NCBI GenBank assembly: GCA_965116845.1
Contig: OZ220728.1
Location: 2,498,309-2,562,308, forward strand
DNA: 64,000 nt
From: Vicinamibacterales bacterium
GTDB lineage: Bacteria > Acidobacteriota > Vicinamibacteria > Vicinamibacterales > UBA8438
Direction: 5' to 3'
The notes beneath the pieces were generated by a model. The model was not told where the DNA came from and ran no database searches. It worked only from the letters and a program-made list of their open reading frames with translations. The position numbers and the translations under genes are program-made. Of the stretch, positions 50,688 through 58,896 are shown piece after piece (the stretch's first letter is position 1; each line of letters begins with the position of its first letter).

Positions 50688-51745
50688 CGGCGGAGGGTCG
50701 ATTGCGACGGGGTGCGGGCACGCAACTGCTGGTGGCGGCGGCCGCCTTCGTCGTCGTCGTGGCCGGCCTCCAGGCCGCCGCCGCGCTGATCCAGCCGTTC
50801 CTGATCGCCGTCTTCCTCGGGGTCGTCAACGTCCCGTTCATGAACTGGCTGCAGCGGCTGCGCCTCCCGCGGCCCCTCGCGGTGCTGGCCACCATCCTGT
50901 TCGCCGCCGCGCTCGTCGCCATCCTGGTAACGGTCGTCGGCCAGTCGGTCAACCAGCTCGCGCGCGTCGTGCCGTCGTATCGCGCCCCGTTTCTCGCGCT
51001 CGCCGGCGACATCCAGAACTTCGCCGAGCAGGCCGGATTGCCGGCGGTGGATCTGCAGTCGATGGTGATTCCCTCCTTCAACCTCGCCGGCACGCTCGTG
51101 GGGAACGCTCTCCGAGCGGTCGGGGCGCTGCTCTCCAACGCGTTCCTCGTGCTGCTGCTGGTGATCTTCATCCTGTTCGAGGCGGCCGGCTTCAACGCCA
51201 AGCTGGCTGCCGCCTTCGGCGACGAGGGCGAGCATCTCCGGCACCTGGCGCGCATGGCGGCGCAGGTTCAGCAGTATCTCGTGATCAAGACCGCCGTGAG
51301 CACGGCGACCGGCCTGTTCATCGGGGTGTGGGTGTGGATGGTCGGGCTCGACGCGCCTCAGCTCTGGGGCGTGCTCGCCTTCGCCTTCAACTTCATCCCC
51401 ACGCTGGGGTCGATCTTCGCGGCGGTCCCGGCGGTCCTCCTCGCGCTCATCCAGCCCGAGGTCAGCCCGGTCGGCGCCGCCGTCATCGCCGGCGGCTACG
51501 TAGGAGTCAACGTGGTCTTCGGCAACTTCGTCGAGCCGACGCTGATGGGGCGCCGCCTGGGCCTGTCCACGCTGGTCGTGTTCGTGTCCCTGGTCTTCTG
51601 GGGCTGGGTGTGGGGGCCGGTCGGGATGCTCTTCTCCGTGCCGTTGACGATGGTCGTCAAGATCGCGCTCGAGAACACGACCGAGTTCCGATGGGTGGCC
51701 GTGATGCTCGACGCCAACCCCACGGGGTACGGCCGCAAGGCGTGA
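50684..51745 (+). CDS. AI-2E (PerM/UPF0118) family transporter
   Basis: 353 aa from ATG 50684, within ORF 49868-51745; the start overlaps the egtD stop as ATGA. Polytopic. FAFNFIPTLGSIFAAVPAVLLAL, GNFVEPTLMGRRLGLSTLVVFVSLVFWGWVWGPVGMLFSVPLT. Confidence 0.85.
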   Translation: MTAEGRLRRGAGTQLLVAAAAFVVVVAGLQAAAALIQPFLIAVFLGVVNVPFMNWLQRLRLPRPLAVLATILFAAALVAILVTVVGQSVNQLARVVPSYRAPFLALAGDIQNFAEQAGLPAVDLQSMVIPSFNLAGTLVGNALRAVGALLSNAFLVLLLVIFILFEAAGFNAKLAAAFGDEGEHLRHLARMAAQVQQYLVIKTAVSTATGLFIGVWVWMVGLDAPQLWGVLAFAFNFIPTLGSIFAAVPAVLLALIQPEVSPVGAAVIAGGYVGVNVVFGNFVEPTLMGRRLGLSTLVVFVSLVFWGWVWGPVGMLFSVPLTMVVKIALENTTEFRWVAVMLDANPTGYGRKA

Positions 51746-51759
51746 GCGACGCGGCGCGC

Positions 51760-52341
51760 TCAGCTGTCCGACGCGCCGGACACGTCGCGCGGGGCGTCCG
51801 TGCGCTGCCGGCGGAACGCGCGCAGCGCCTCGAGATGCTCTACGAAGGCGGCACGGGCGCGGACGAACTCCGTGTGGTCGAGCCCGAGCTCCTGCGATAT
51901 TCGGCGGGCCTCGCTCTCCTCGGCAACGGTAATCGACGCGTCGGCCGCCGACACCGCGAACACGCATTCCAGGAGCTCGATCCGCTGCTCCGACGTCGAC
52001 AGGTCGCGGAAGCGGCGAGTCACCAGGAAGTTCTGGTCGCCCCCGAACAGCCGAACCTGGTGCTTGGCCATCTCCACGACGAGGACGGCCTGCGGCTCGG
52101 GGAGATGCCCGAGGACGCGGACGATCTCCTCCATCTTGCGCGTTTCCTCCGGGCTGACGTCCGAGTCGGCGTGAGCCGCGCGTCCGAGCACGTACGCGAA
52201 CGCGGCGAGGTAGCGCGCGCGGTTCTCCGGCAGCGCCTCGAGCTCGGCGACGATGTGACGGATGGCGTCGGCCTCGGGCGAAGCGCCACCCGAGACCGCG
52301 CTGCCGACGCCCGTGAGGCCCAGAAAATCCAGAATTGCCAT
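51760..52341 (-). CDS. TerB-family (COG4103-like) protein
   Basis: 193 aa from ATG 52341 (MAILDFLG) within ORF 51760-52908. Two TerB-like helical repeats with acidic clusters (HADSDVSPEETRKMEEI; SAADASITVAEESEARRI). Starts 31 nt downstream of the ABC permease gene. Confidence 0.55.
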   Translation of the reverse strand: MAILDFLGLTGVGSAVSGGASPEADAIRHIVAELEALPENRARYLAAFAYVLGRAAHADSDVSPEETRKMEEIVRVLGHLPEPQAVLVVEMAKHQVRLFGGDQNFLVTRRFRDLSTSEQRIELLECVFAVSAADASITVAEESEARRISQELGLDHTEFVRARAAFVEHLEALRAFRRQRTDAPRDVSGASDS

Positions 52342-52372
52342 ACCCGTAACTCTACCCCCGCGGGCGCCGGGA

Positions 52373-53944
52373 TCAGGGCGCGCCGGGTCGCGTGGGTGGC
52401 GCGTTGGGGGGCGCCGCGGGGGCACGGCCTGCGAGCTCGCGAACGAGCGACGCGCCCACTGTCCCGGGATCCTCGCCGCGCTCGTCGACGCGCAGATTGA
52501 GCGCCCGCATCCGCTCCGCGTCGATCGCCCCGCCGAGGCGCGCCAGCGCGTCGAGTACGTCCGGCGCCTCGCGGGCGAGCCGGGCGCCGGCCAGCAGGAT
52601 GGCGTCGTACGGGGGAATCGCGCCGCGGTCGTCGTCGAGCACTCGCAGGTCGTACGCGGCGATCCGGCCGTCGGTCGTATAGGCGGAGATGACGTCCACC
52701 TCGTGCGTTGCGGCGGCCTGATACATGAGGGACGCGTCCATCGCGCGTTGCTCGCGGAAGTCGAGACCGTAGGTGTCGCGGACAGCCGGCCATTCCGGAC
52801 GGGCGAAGAACTCGACATCGGCGCCGATGGCGAGACGGGGCGCGTGGGGCACGAGGTCACCGATGCCGTGCAGATCGAGGCGCTCGGCGTCGGCGGCGCG
52901 CACCGCAAGGGCGTACGTGTTCTCGAACCCGAGCGTGGCCGCCAGCGTCATGCCGTGGTCGGCCTCGAGGAACTCGCGGACCCCGCGCAGGGTCTCCGCG
53001 CGGCCGGCGCGGACGTCCCCACGTCCCATCTCGTTGGCCCACAGCGTGCCGGTGTAGTCGACGTAGACGTCGATCTCTCCGGCGTCGAGCGCGTCGAACG
53101 CCACGAGCGAGCCGAGCGATTGCAGGAGCGACGTCGGCCGGCTGGTCTCGTGCTCGATCCAGCCGGTGATCACGGCACCGAGGACGTACTGCTCGGTGAA
53201 GCTCTTGGTGCCGACCACGATAGGCCTCTCGCGGTCGCCGAGCAGCGGGGCGGCGAGCGTGGCGCCGGCGTAGCCGTAGAGGAGGACGACGGCGGCCAGC
53301 GCCGCGACGAGTCGGCCGCGGCGGCGGCGGGCCAGCCCGACCTCGATCGCCCGGACCAGGCCGTCGAGCAGCATGGCCAGGCCGGCCGCGGCGACGCACC
53401 CGACGATCACCGATTCGTAGTTGCGGGTCTGCAGCCCGCTGAAGATGTAGTTGCCCAGGCTGGTCGCCCCCACCGGCGTCGACAGCGTGGCGATCCCCAC
53501 CACCCAGACCGTGGCGGTGCGCACGCCGCCGACGACGACCGGCATCGCCAGCGGCAGCTCCACCATCAGGAGCTGCTGCCGCGGCGTCATGCCGACGCCG
53601 CGCGCCGCCTCGGTCAGGGCGGGGTCGACGCCCCGGATGCCGATCACCGTGTTGCGCAGCACGGGGAGGACGCCGTATAACGTCAGCCCCACGATGGCGG
53701 GCAGAAACCCGATGCTCTGGAGGTCGAGGGCGGCGAGCACGGGGACCATCACCGCCAGCAGCGCCAGGCTCGGAACCGTCTGGATGACGCCGGCGAGCGC
53801 CAGGGACGGCTGCTCGAGCCATGCCAGCCGCGTCGCCGCAATGCCGAGCGGCACGCTGACGCCGATGCTGAGGAGCAGCGCGAGCAGCGTCAGCTGCAGG
53901 TGGGCCGTCAGGTAGTTGGGGAGGAGCGCCAGGAGCTCGCTCAT
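52373..53944 (-). CDS. Quaternary-amine (betaine/choline-type) ABC transporter, fused permease and substrate-binding protein
   Basis: 523 aa. N-terminal permease (VIQTVPSLALLAVMVP, EAARGVGMTPRQQLLMVELPLA). C-terminal OpuAC-type binding domain (VVGTKSFTEQYVLG, VYVDYTGT, FENTYALAV, LRVLDDDRGAIPPYDA). Confidence 0.88.
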   Translation of the reverse strand: MSELLALLPNYLTAHLQLTLLALLLSIGVSVPLGIAATRLAWLEQPSLALAGVIQTVPSLALLAVMVPVLAALDLQSIGFLPAIVGLTLYGVLPVLRNTVIGIRGVDPALTEAARGVGMTPRQQLLMVELPLAMPVVVGGVRTATVWVVGIATLSTPVGATSLGNYIFSGLQTRNYESVIVGCVAAAGLAMLLDGLVRAIEVGLARRRRGRLVAALAAVVLLYGYAGATLAAPLLGDRERPIVVGTKSFTEQYVLGAVITGWIEHETSRPTSLLQSLGSLVAFDALDAGEIDVYVDYTGTLWANEMGRGDVRAGRAETLRGVREFLEADHGMTLAATLGFENTYALAVRAADAERLDLHGIGDLVPHAPRLAIGADVEFFARPEWPAVRDTYGLDFREQRAMDASLMYQAAATHEVDVISAYTTDGRIAAYDLRVLDDDRGAIPPYDAILLAGARLAREAPDVLDALARLGGAIDAERMRALNLRVDERGEDPGTVGASLVRELAGRAPAAPPNAPPTRPGAP

Positions 53945-54717
53945 GCCCCGGCCTCCACGGGCGCGGCGCCGGCCAGGGCATCGATGATGGCGGCCTGGCG
54001 CCGCGGCGTGCTCATCAGCCGGGCGACGTATTCGTCGGCCGGGCGGTTCAGCAGGTCGCGCGGTGTCCCGACCTGGAGCAGCCGCCCCTCGTGCATCACG
54101 CCGATGCGGTCGGCGAGGGTCAGCGCCTCGGTCATGTCGTGGGTCACGAAAACCGTCGTCAGGGCGAGCGCCGCGCGGATGCGGAGGAACGACTGCTGCA
54201 GCCGCTCGCGGGTGACCGGATCGAGCGCGCCGAACGGCTCGTCGAGCAGCATGACCCGGGGTTCCGACGCGAGCGCGCGCGCCACTCCCACCCGCTGCTG
54301 TTGTCCGCCGGACAGCTCTTGCGGTTGGCGCTCCCGCATGTCCGGGTCGAGCTCCACCAGCGCGAGCAGCTCGTCCACCCGCGCTGCGATCCGCTCCGGG
54401 GCCCAGCCCAGCAGCAGCGGCGTCACCGCCACGTTCTCGCCCACCGTCATGTGGGGGAAGAGCCCGATCCGCTGGAACACGTAGCCGATCCGCCGCCGGA
54501 GTTCGTGCGGCGGCAGATCCGCGGTGTCGACGCTGTCGAGGCGCACCAAGCCCGCGGTCGGCTCGATGAGCCGGTTGATCATCTTGAGGGTGGTCGTCTT
54601 GCCCGATCCCGATCCACCGAGCAACACGACCAGCTCGCCTGCGCCGACCCGCAGGCTCAGCCGGTCGACGACGACGGCATCGCCGTAGCGCCGGGTCAGG
54701 CCCTCGGCCTCGATCAT
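53941..54717 (-). CDS. Quaternary-amine ABC transporter ATP-binding protein (no CBS domains)
   Basis: 258 aa from ATG 54717 (MIEAEGL) within ORF 53941-56055. Walker A GGSGSGKTT, signature LSGGQQQRV, Walker B MLLDEPFGALD. Its stop overlaps the permease start (ATGA). Confidence 0.9.
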   Translation of the reverse strand: MIEAEGLTRRYGDAVVVDRLSLRVGAGELVVLLGGSGSGKTTTLKMINRLIEPTAGLVRLDSVDTADLPPHELRRRIGYVFQRIGLFPHMTVGENVAVTPLLLGWAPERIAARVDELLALVELDPDMRERQPQELSGGQQQRVGVARALASEPRVMLLDEPFGALDPVTRERLQQSFLRIRAALALTTVFVTHDMTEALTLADRIGVMHEGRLLQVGTPRDLLNRPADEYVARLMSTPRRQAAIIDALAGAAPVEAGA

Positions 54718-54810
54718 CACCGGACGATCGGCCGCGGTCACGACGGCGCTCCGGTCGCTGCGCGCGCAGCCACCGAGGCTCGGCGCGGCCCCGGCCACCC
54801 TCCGCGTCGA

Positions 54811-54843
54811 GCGCGATCGGCTCGCCGCGAAACGCGATCGCGC
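54811..54843 (-). terminator. Stem-loop downstream of the DUF1552 gene
   Basis: GCGCGATCG-(15 nt)-CGATCGCGC: 9-bp stem, 33-65 nt past the stop at 54876 on the minus strand. No U-tract. Confidence 0.35.
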
Positions 54844-54875
54844 AGCGGAGGGTCTGAGGGGGTGCCTTCGATGGG

Positions 54876-56234
54876 TCAGACCCCCGACAGGTGCTGGACG
54901 ACGCCGGTGCTGTCGCCCAGCACCTCTACGGGCACGTCCAGCTTCTCCAGCAGGGCGACCTGCAGGTTCGTGAGCGGCGTTTCCTCGGCCACGCGGAGGT
55001 GCCGGCCGCCCCGGAGCCGGCCCGCGGCGCCGCCCGCCACCAGGACCGGCAGGTTGACGTGGAGGTGCTGGTTGCCGTCGCTGATCCCGCAGCCGTACTG
55101 AATGACCGCATGGTCGAGCAGGCTGCCGTCGCCGTCCGGGGTGGCGTCGAGCTTCGCCATGAAGTACGCGAGCTGGTCGATGTGGTGGCGGTTCAGCTTC
55201 GCCAGCTTGGCCATCTGCTCGGGCCGGTTCTGATGGTGCGACAGGCCGTGGTGGGGGTCGGGAATCCCCAGGTCGGGATACGTGCGCGGGCTCACCTCGC
55301 GCGACAGCATGAACGTGCTCACGCGCGTCATGTCGGCCTGGAACGCCAGCACCTGCAGGTCGAACATCAGGCGGGCGTGCTCCGCAAACGTGTCGGGGAT
55401 GCCTCCCGTCGGTCGCGCCAGCTCCGGCAGCTCCCGGTCGCTCTGCGCCTCCGCGAACTGGATGCGCCGCTCGATGTCGCGGATGGCGTCGAGGTACTGC
55501 GTCACCTTCGTCCGGTCGCCGGGGCCGAGCGTCCGCTCGAAGTCGGACACCTCGTGGACCAGCGAGTCGAGGATGCTGCGGTCCTCGCGGATACGCGCCA
55601 GCCGCGCCTCGGGGGTCGTGTCGTCGGTGTCGCCGAACAGCCGCTCGAACACCGCGCGCGGCTGGTTCTCCATCGGGAGCGGGGTGGTCGGATTGCGCCA
55701 CGAGAGCGTATTGGCGTAGGCGCAGCTCCAGCCGGCCTCGCAGGCGCCGATCAGCTCGTTCGGGTCGATGGCCAGCTCGAGCGACGGCAGCACGCTGTCC
55801 GCGCCGAGCACGCCGGCCGCGATCTGGTCCATCGACGTGCCGCAGCGGATATCGGGCCCGTCGGTCTTCTTCGGGTGGACGCCGGTCAGGAACGTGGCCG
55901 CGGCTCGCACGTGGTCGCCGGTCCCTTCGCCGGGCAGCGGGAACGCCGGGGCGTCGGCGAGGCCGCTCACGACCAGGAGGCGATCCTTGAACGGGGCGAG
56001 CGGAGCGAGCGTCGGCGGGAGGTCCGTCAGCGCGCCCTCCGCCCCCGGCGTCCACCGATCCATGATCACGCCGTTCGGCACGTAGCCGGTGAACAGCCGC
56101 GCCGCCGGCTTCGCGGCGGAGTTGCGGACCGCGGCGAACGCGGGCACCATGCTGTCGAGCAGGGGCAGAGCCAGCGAGGCGCCGACGCCGCGCAGGAACG
56201 TGCGGCGGGGAAGCGAGTGCTTGGTGATGATCAT
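54876..56234 (-). CDS. DUF1552-domain protein with Tat signal
   Basis: 452 aa from ATG 56234 (MIITKHSLPRRTFLRGVGASLALPLL) within ORF 54876-57080. The start overlaps the upstream stop (ATGA). It is the usual partner of DUF1592-type proteins. Confidence 0.85.
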   Translation of the reverse strand: MIITKHSLPRRTFLRGVGASLALPLLDSMVPAFAAVRNSAAKPAARLFTGYVPNGVIMDRWTPGAEGALTDLPPTLAPLAPFKDRLLVVSGLADAPAFPLPGEGTGDHVRAAATFLTGVHPKKTDGPDIRCGTSMDQIAAGVLGADSVLPSLELAIDPNELIGACEAGWSCAYANTLSWRNPTTPLPMENQPRAVFERLFGDTDDTTPEARLARIREDRSILDSLVHEVSDFERTLGPGDRTKVTQYLDAIRDIERRIQFAEAQSDRELPELARPTGGIPDTFAEHARLMFDLQVLAFQADMTRVSTFMLSREVSPRTYPDLGIPDPHHGLSHHQNRPEQMAKLAKLNRHHIDQLAYFMAKLDATPDGDGSLLDHAVIQYGCGISDGNQHLHVNLPVLVAGGAAGRLRGGRHLRVAEETPLTNLQVALLEKLDVPVEVLGDSTGVVQHLSGV

Positions 56235-58771
56235 GGCTCTGCGGATCTCCTCATCTGAAACGGCGTGCTCCGGACGATGCCTTCGACGAGGGCCGACCAG
56301 CGGTAGTCGCCGGCGGCTGCCGCCGACACGATGCCGCGGACGGCCGGTGCGTCGAACGACTCGACGCCGCGCCCGACGGCGTAGGTGAGCAGCTTCTCCG
56401 CCACCGTGTTGACGAAGTTCTTCTCGCGGTGGACCAGCGCGCGTCGCAGCGTGGCCGGACCGTCGACCGCCGACCCGTCCGTCAACGTGCCGCTGGCGTC
56501 TACTGGCGTCCCGTCCACCGCCACCTCGCGCCAGCGGCCGATGCCGTCGAAGTTCTCGAGCGCGAACCCGAGCGGGTCCATGATGCGGTGGCAGCTCGCG
56601 CAGACCGGATTGGCGCGGTGCTGCTCCAGGCGCTCGCGCACGGAGCGCCGCGCGACGCCCGGCTCGTCGTTCTCCTCGAGCGCCGGGACGTCCGGCGGGG
56701 GAGGGGGAGGCGGTGTGCCGAGGATGTTCTCGAGCAGCCACTTGCCGCGCAGCACCGGCGATGTGCGGTGAGCGTAGGAGGTGACCGTCAGCAGGCTCCC
56801 CTTGCCGAGCAGGCCCCGGCGGACGGCGTCCGACCCGTCGAGGCGGACGCGGCGGAAGTGGTTGCCGTAGACGTTCGGCATCCCGTAGTGCTCGGCGAGG
56901 CGCTCGTTGACGAACGTGTAGTCCGCGGTCAGCAGGTCGAGCACGCTGCGGTCCTCGCGGATCTGGCTGTCGAGGAAGAGCGTCATCTCCCGCGCCATCG
57001 CCTCGCGCAGGTTGGTGTCGAAGTCGGGGAACGCCTGCGGGTCCGGCGTCACGAGCGGCATGTTGCGCAGGTACAGCCACTGGCCGCCGAAGTTGTCGAC
57101 CAGGGCGCGCGTGCGCGGGTCGGCGAGCATGCGCCGGACCTGGGCGCCCAGCACCTCCGGGTCGCGCAGGCGGCCCTGCTCGGCCGCGGCGAGGAGCTCG
57201 TCGTCCGGGATGCTGCTCCAGAGGAAGAACGACAGCCGCGAGGCGAGCTCGAGGTCGCTGACGGCGTACGGCTCGCCGGGCCCGATGTCGACGGGGTCGG
57301 TCTCGCGCCGGAAGAGGAAGTCGGGGCTGACCAGGATGCGGCGCAGCGCCATCTCGATGCCGGCGTCGAAGTCACCGGTGCCGGGAGCGCCGCCCGAGCC
57401 GGGAGCGCCGCCCGAGCCGGGAGCGCCGCCCGAGCTGGGAGCGGTGCCCGCGCCGGGAGCGGCGCGCCGGCGCCCCTGCTCATAAAAGCCCAGCAGCATC
57501 TCCACGTCACGCCCGGTCACCGGCCGGCGGAAGGCCCGCCGCGCGAGGCGCGACACGATCTCGGTGGCGCAGGGCGTCTCGTCGGCTTCCGTCTCCGGGC
57601 GGCACGTGAAGATCCGCCGCCGGCTCGGGGTGTCGCCGCGCCCGGTGACGCGGTAGGGGCCGCTCACGTCGATGCTCCCGATCCCGGGAGGAGTCGTCTG
57701 GTCGCCGGCGTACTCGTAGCTCGTCACGCGGTAGTCGGGGCGTCGCATTCCTTCGCGGTACGCGCGCTGGTCGACGAAGCTCACGGCCAGCGTCGCCGGG
57801 CCTGCGGGCGCCGCGAAGCGCACCTCCTGGCCGTCGTCCGGCACGTTGCGAAGGTCCCGTCGCTCGGGAAGCCCGTCGGGGCCGAGGATCGGACCGCCGA
57901 CGGTCAGCGCCTCGACGAGCGCACCGTCGAGGCGCACCTCGAGCTGATGCGGCTCCAGCATCCCGCGGACCCGGCCGTCGTAGGTGCGCAGGAGGTGGAC
58001 CGTGACCACGTACTCGCCGTCGACCGGGAAGTAGTGGCGGATGGCCAGCCCGCCGCGCGAGTTGAACGGCAGATCGTCGCTGACCCGCCCGTCCTGGCGC
58101 AGGTTCTTGTCGACGGCGAAGACCTCCGTCGTCGGCCGCAGCCCCGGGTCGCCGACGGCAAGCCGGGCGATCTTGCGCGACGCGGCCAGATAGCGCTCGG
58201 TGAGCATCGGCGACACGGAGAGCACGTCGGCGATGTTGTCGAACCCGAAGCCAGAGTCGTCCGGCGGCAGCAGGGTCCGCTCGTCGATCTCGAGCGCCAG
58301 CAGATCGCGAATCGCGTTCGCGTACTCCGCCCGGTTCAACCGGTGCACCGCGTGGCGCCGTCCGGGGTTGGGCCGTTCGGCCGCGGCGGAGTCGATGCGG
58401 CCCGCGAGCCAATCGGCGAGGGCCGTGTACGTGGCGTCGTCGGGACGGGGCCGGCCGGCGGGCGGCATCGACCGGGTGGCGAGCTTGCGGATGACCTTTT
58501 CCCAGACCTCCGTCTCGTGCGCGTCCACGCCGGCGGCGGCGACGTCGAGGTCTTGAAGGGTCAGGCTGGCGGTCAGCGTACGGTCGTTGTGGCAGCCGAC
58601 GCAGTAGCGGTCGAGGAGCTGACGGTGCTCCGCGGCGGGGTCGGCCGGCCCCGTCTCCTGTGCCGCGAGGGGCACGGACGCCGCGAGCACGGCCGCCACG
58701 GCCAGCGCCACGGGCAGGAGGCGCAATGACCCCGGCCGTCGCGAGCGACGCGCCGCAGCGTGGCGTGGCAT
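56231..58771 (-). CDS. DUF1592/DUF1595/DUF1587/DUF1588/DUF1585-type protein with two CxxCH haem motifs
   Basis: 846 aa. Signal peptide, CVGCH near the N-terminus and CASCH near the C-terminus (ANPVCASCHRIMDPLGFALENFDGIGRWR). The architecture is typical of the DUF1592 family that pairs with DUF1552. Confidence 0.85.
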   Translation of the reverse strand: MPRHAAARRSRRPGSLRLLPVALAVAAVLAASVPLAAQETGPADPAAEHRQLLDRYCVGCHNDRTLTASLTLQDLDVAAAGVDAHETEVWEKVIRKLATRSMPPAGRPRPDDATYTALADWLAGRIDSAAAERPNPGRRHAVHRLNRAEYANAIRDLLALEIDERTLLPPDDSGFGFDNIADVLSVSPMLTERYLAASRKIARLAVGDPGLRPTTEVFAVDKNLRQDGRVSDDLPFNSRGGLAIRHYFPVDGEYVVTVHLLRTYDGRVRGMLEPHQLEVRLDGALVEALTVGGPILGPDGLPERRDLRNVPDDGQEVRFAAPAGPATLAVSFVDQRAYREGMRRPDYRVTSYEYAGDQTTPPGIGSIDVSGPYRVTGRGDTPSRRRIFTCRPETEADETPCATEIVSRLARRAFRRPVTGRDVEMLLGFYEQGRRRAAPGAGTAPSSGGAPGSGGAPGSGGAPGTGDFDAGIEMALRRILVSPDFLFRRETDPVDIGPGEPYAVSDLELASRLSFFLWSSIPDDELLAAAEQGRLRDPEVLGAQVRRMLADPRTRALVDNFGGQWLYLRNMPLVTPDPQAFPDFDTNLREAMAREMTLFLDSQIREDRSVLDLLTADYTFVNERLAEHYGMPNVYGNHFRRVRLDGSDAVRRGLLGKGSLLTVTSYAHRTSPVLRGKWLLENILGTPPPPPPPDVPALEENDEPGVARRSVRERLEQHRANPVCASCHRIMDPLGFALENFDGIGRWREVAVDGTPVDASGTLTDGSAVDGPATLRRALVHREKNFVNTVAEKLLTYAVGRGVESFDAPAVRGIVSAAAAGDYRWSALVEGIVRSTPFQMRRSAEP
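57381..57470 (-). repeat. In-frame 18-bp tandem repeat inside the DUF1592 gene
   Basis: CCGGGAGCGCCGCCCGAG occurs three times perfectly (57381-57434), followed by two degenerate units. It encodes SSGGAPGSGGAPGSGGAPGTG on the minus strand. Confidence 0.9.
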
Positions 58772-58782
58772 GGGAACGCTGA

Positions 58783-58812
58783 ATTATCATGACGCCACTT
58801 CGACAGTGTCAA
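58783..58812 (-). promoter_or_regulatory. Near-consensus sigma-70-type promoter facing the DUF1592 gene
   Basis: On the minus strand: TTGACA (58812-58807), 18-nt spacer, GATAAT (58788-58783). Only 11 nt separate the -10 from ATG 58771, implying a very short or absent leader. Confidence 0.45.
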
Positions 58813-58896
58813 GTTGCCGTGCCCGACGGTGTCGGACACGCTGAAGCGCTGAACGGGCCAGCTCCCGTAGCAGCGCGCCGCGCGAAAGGAGCACCC

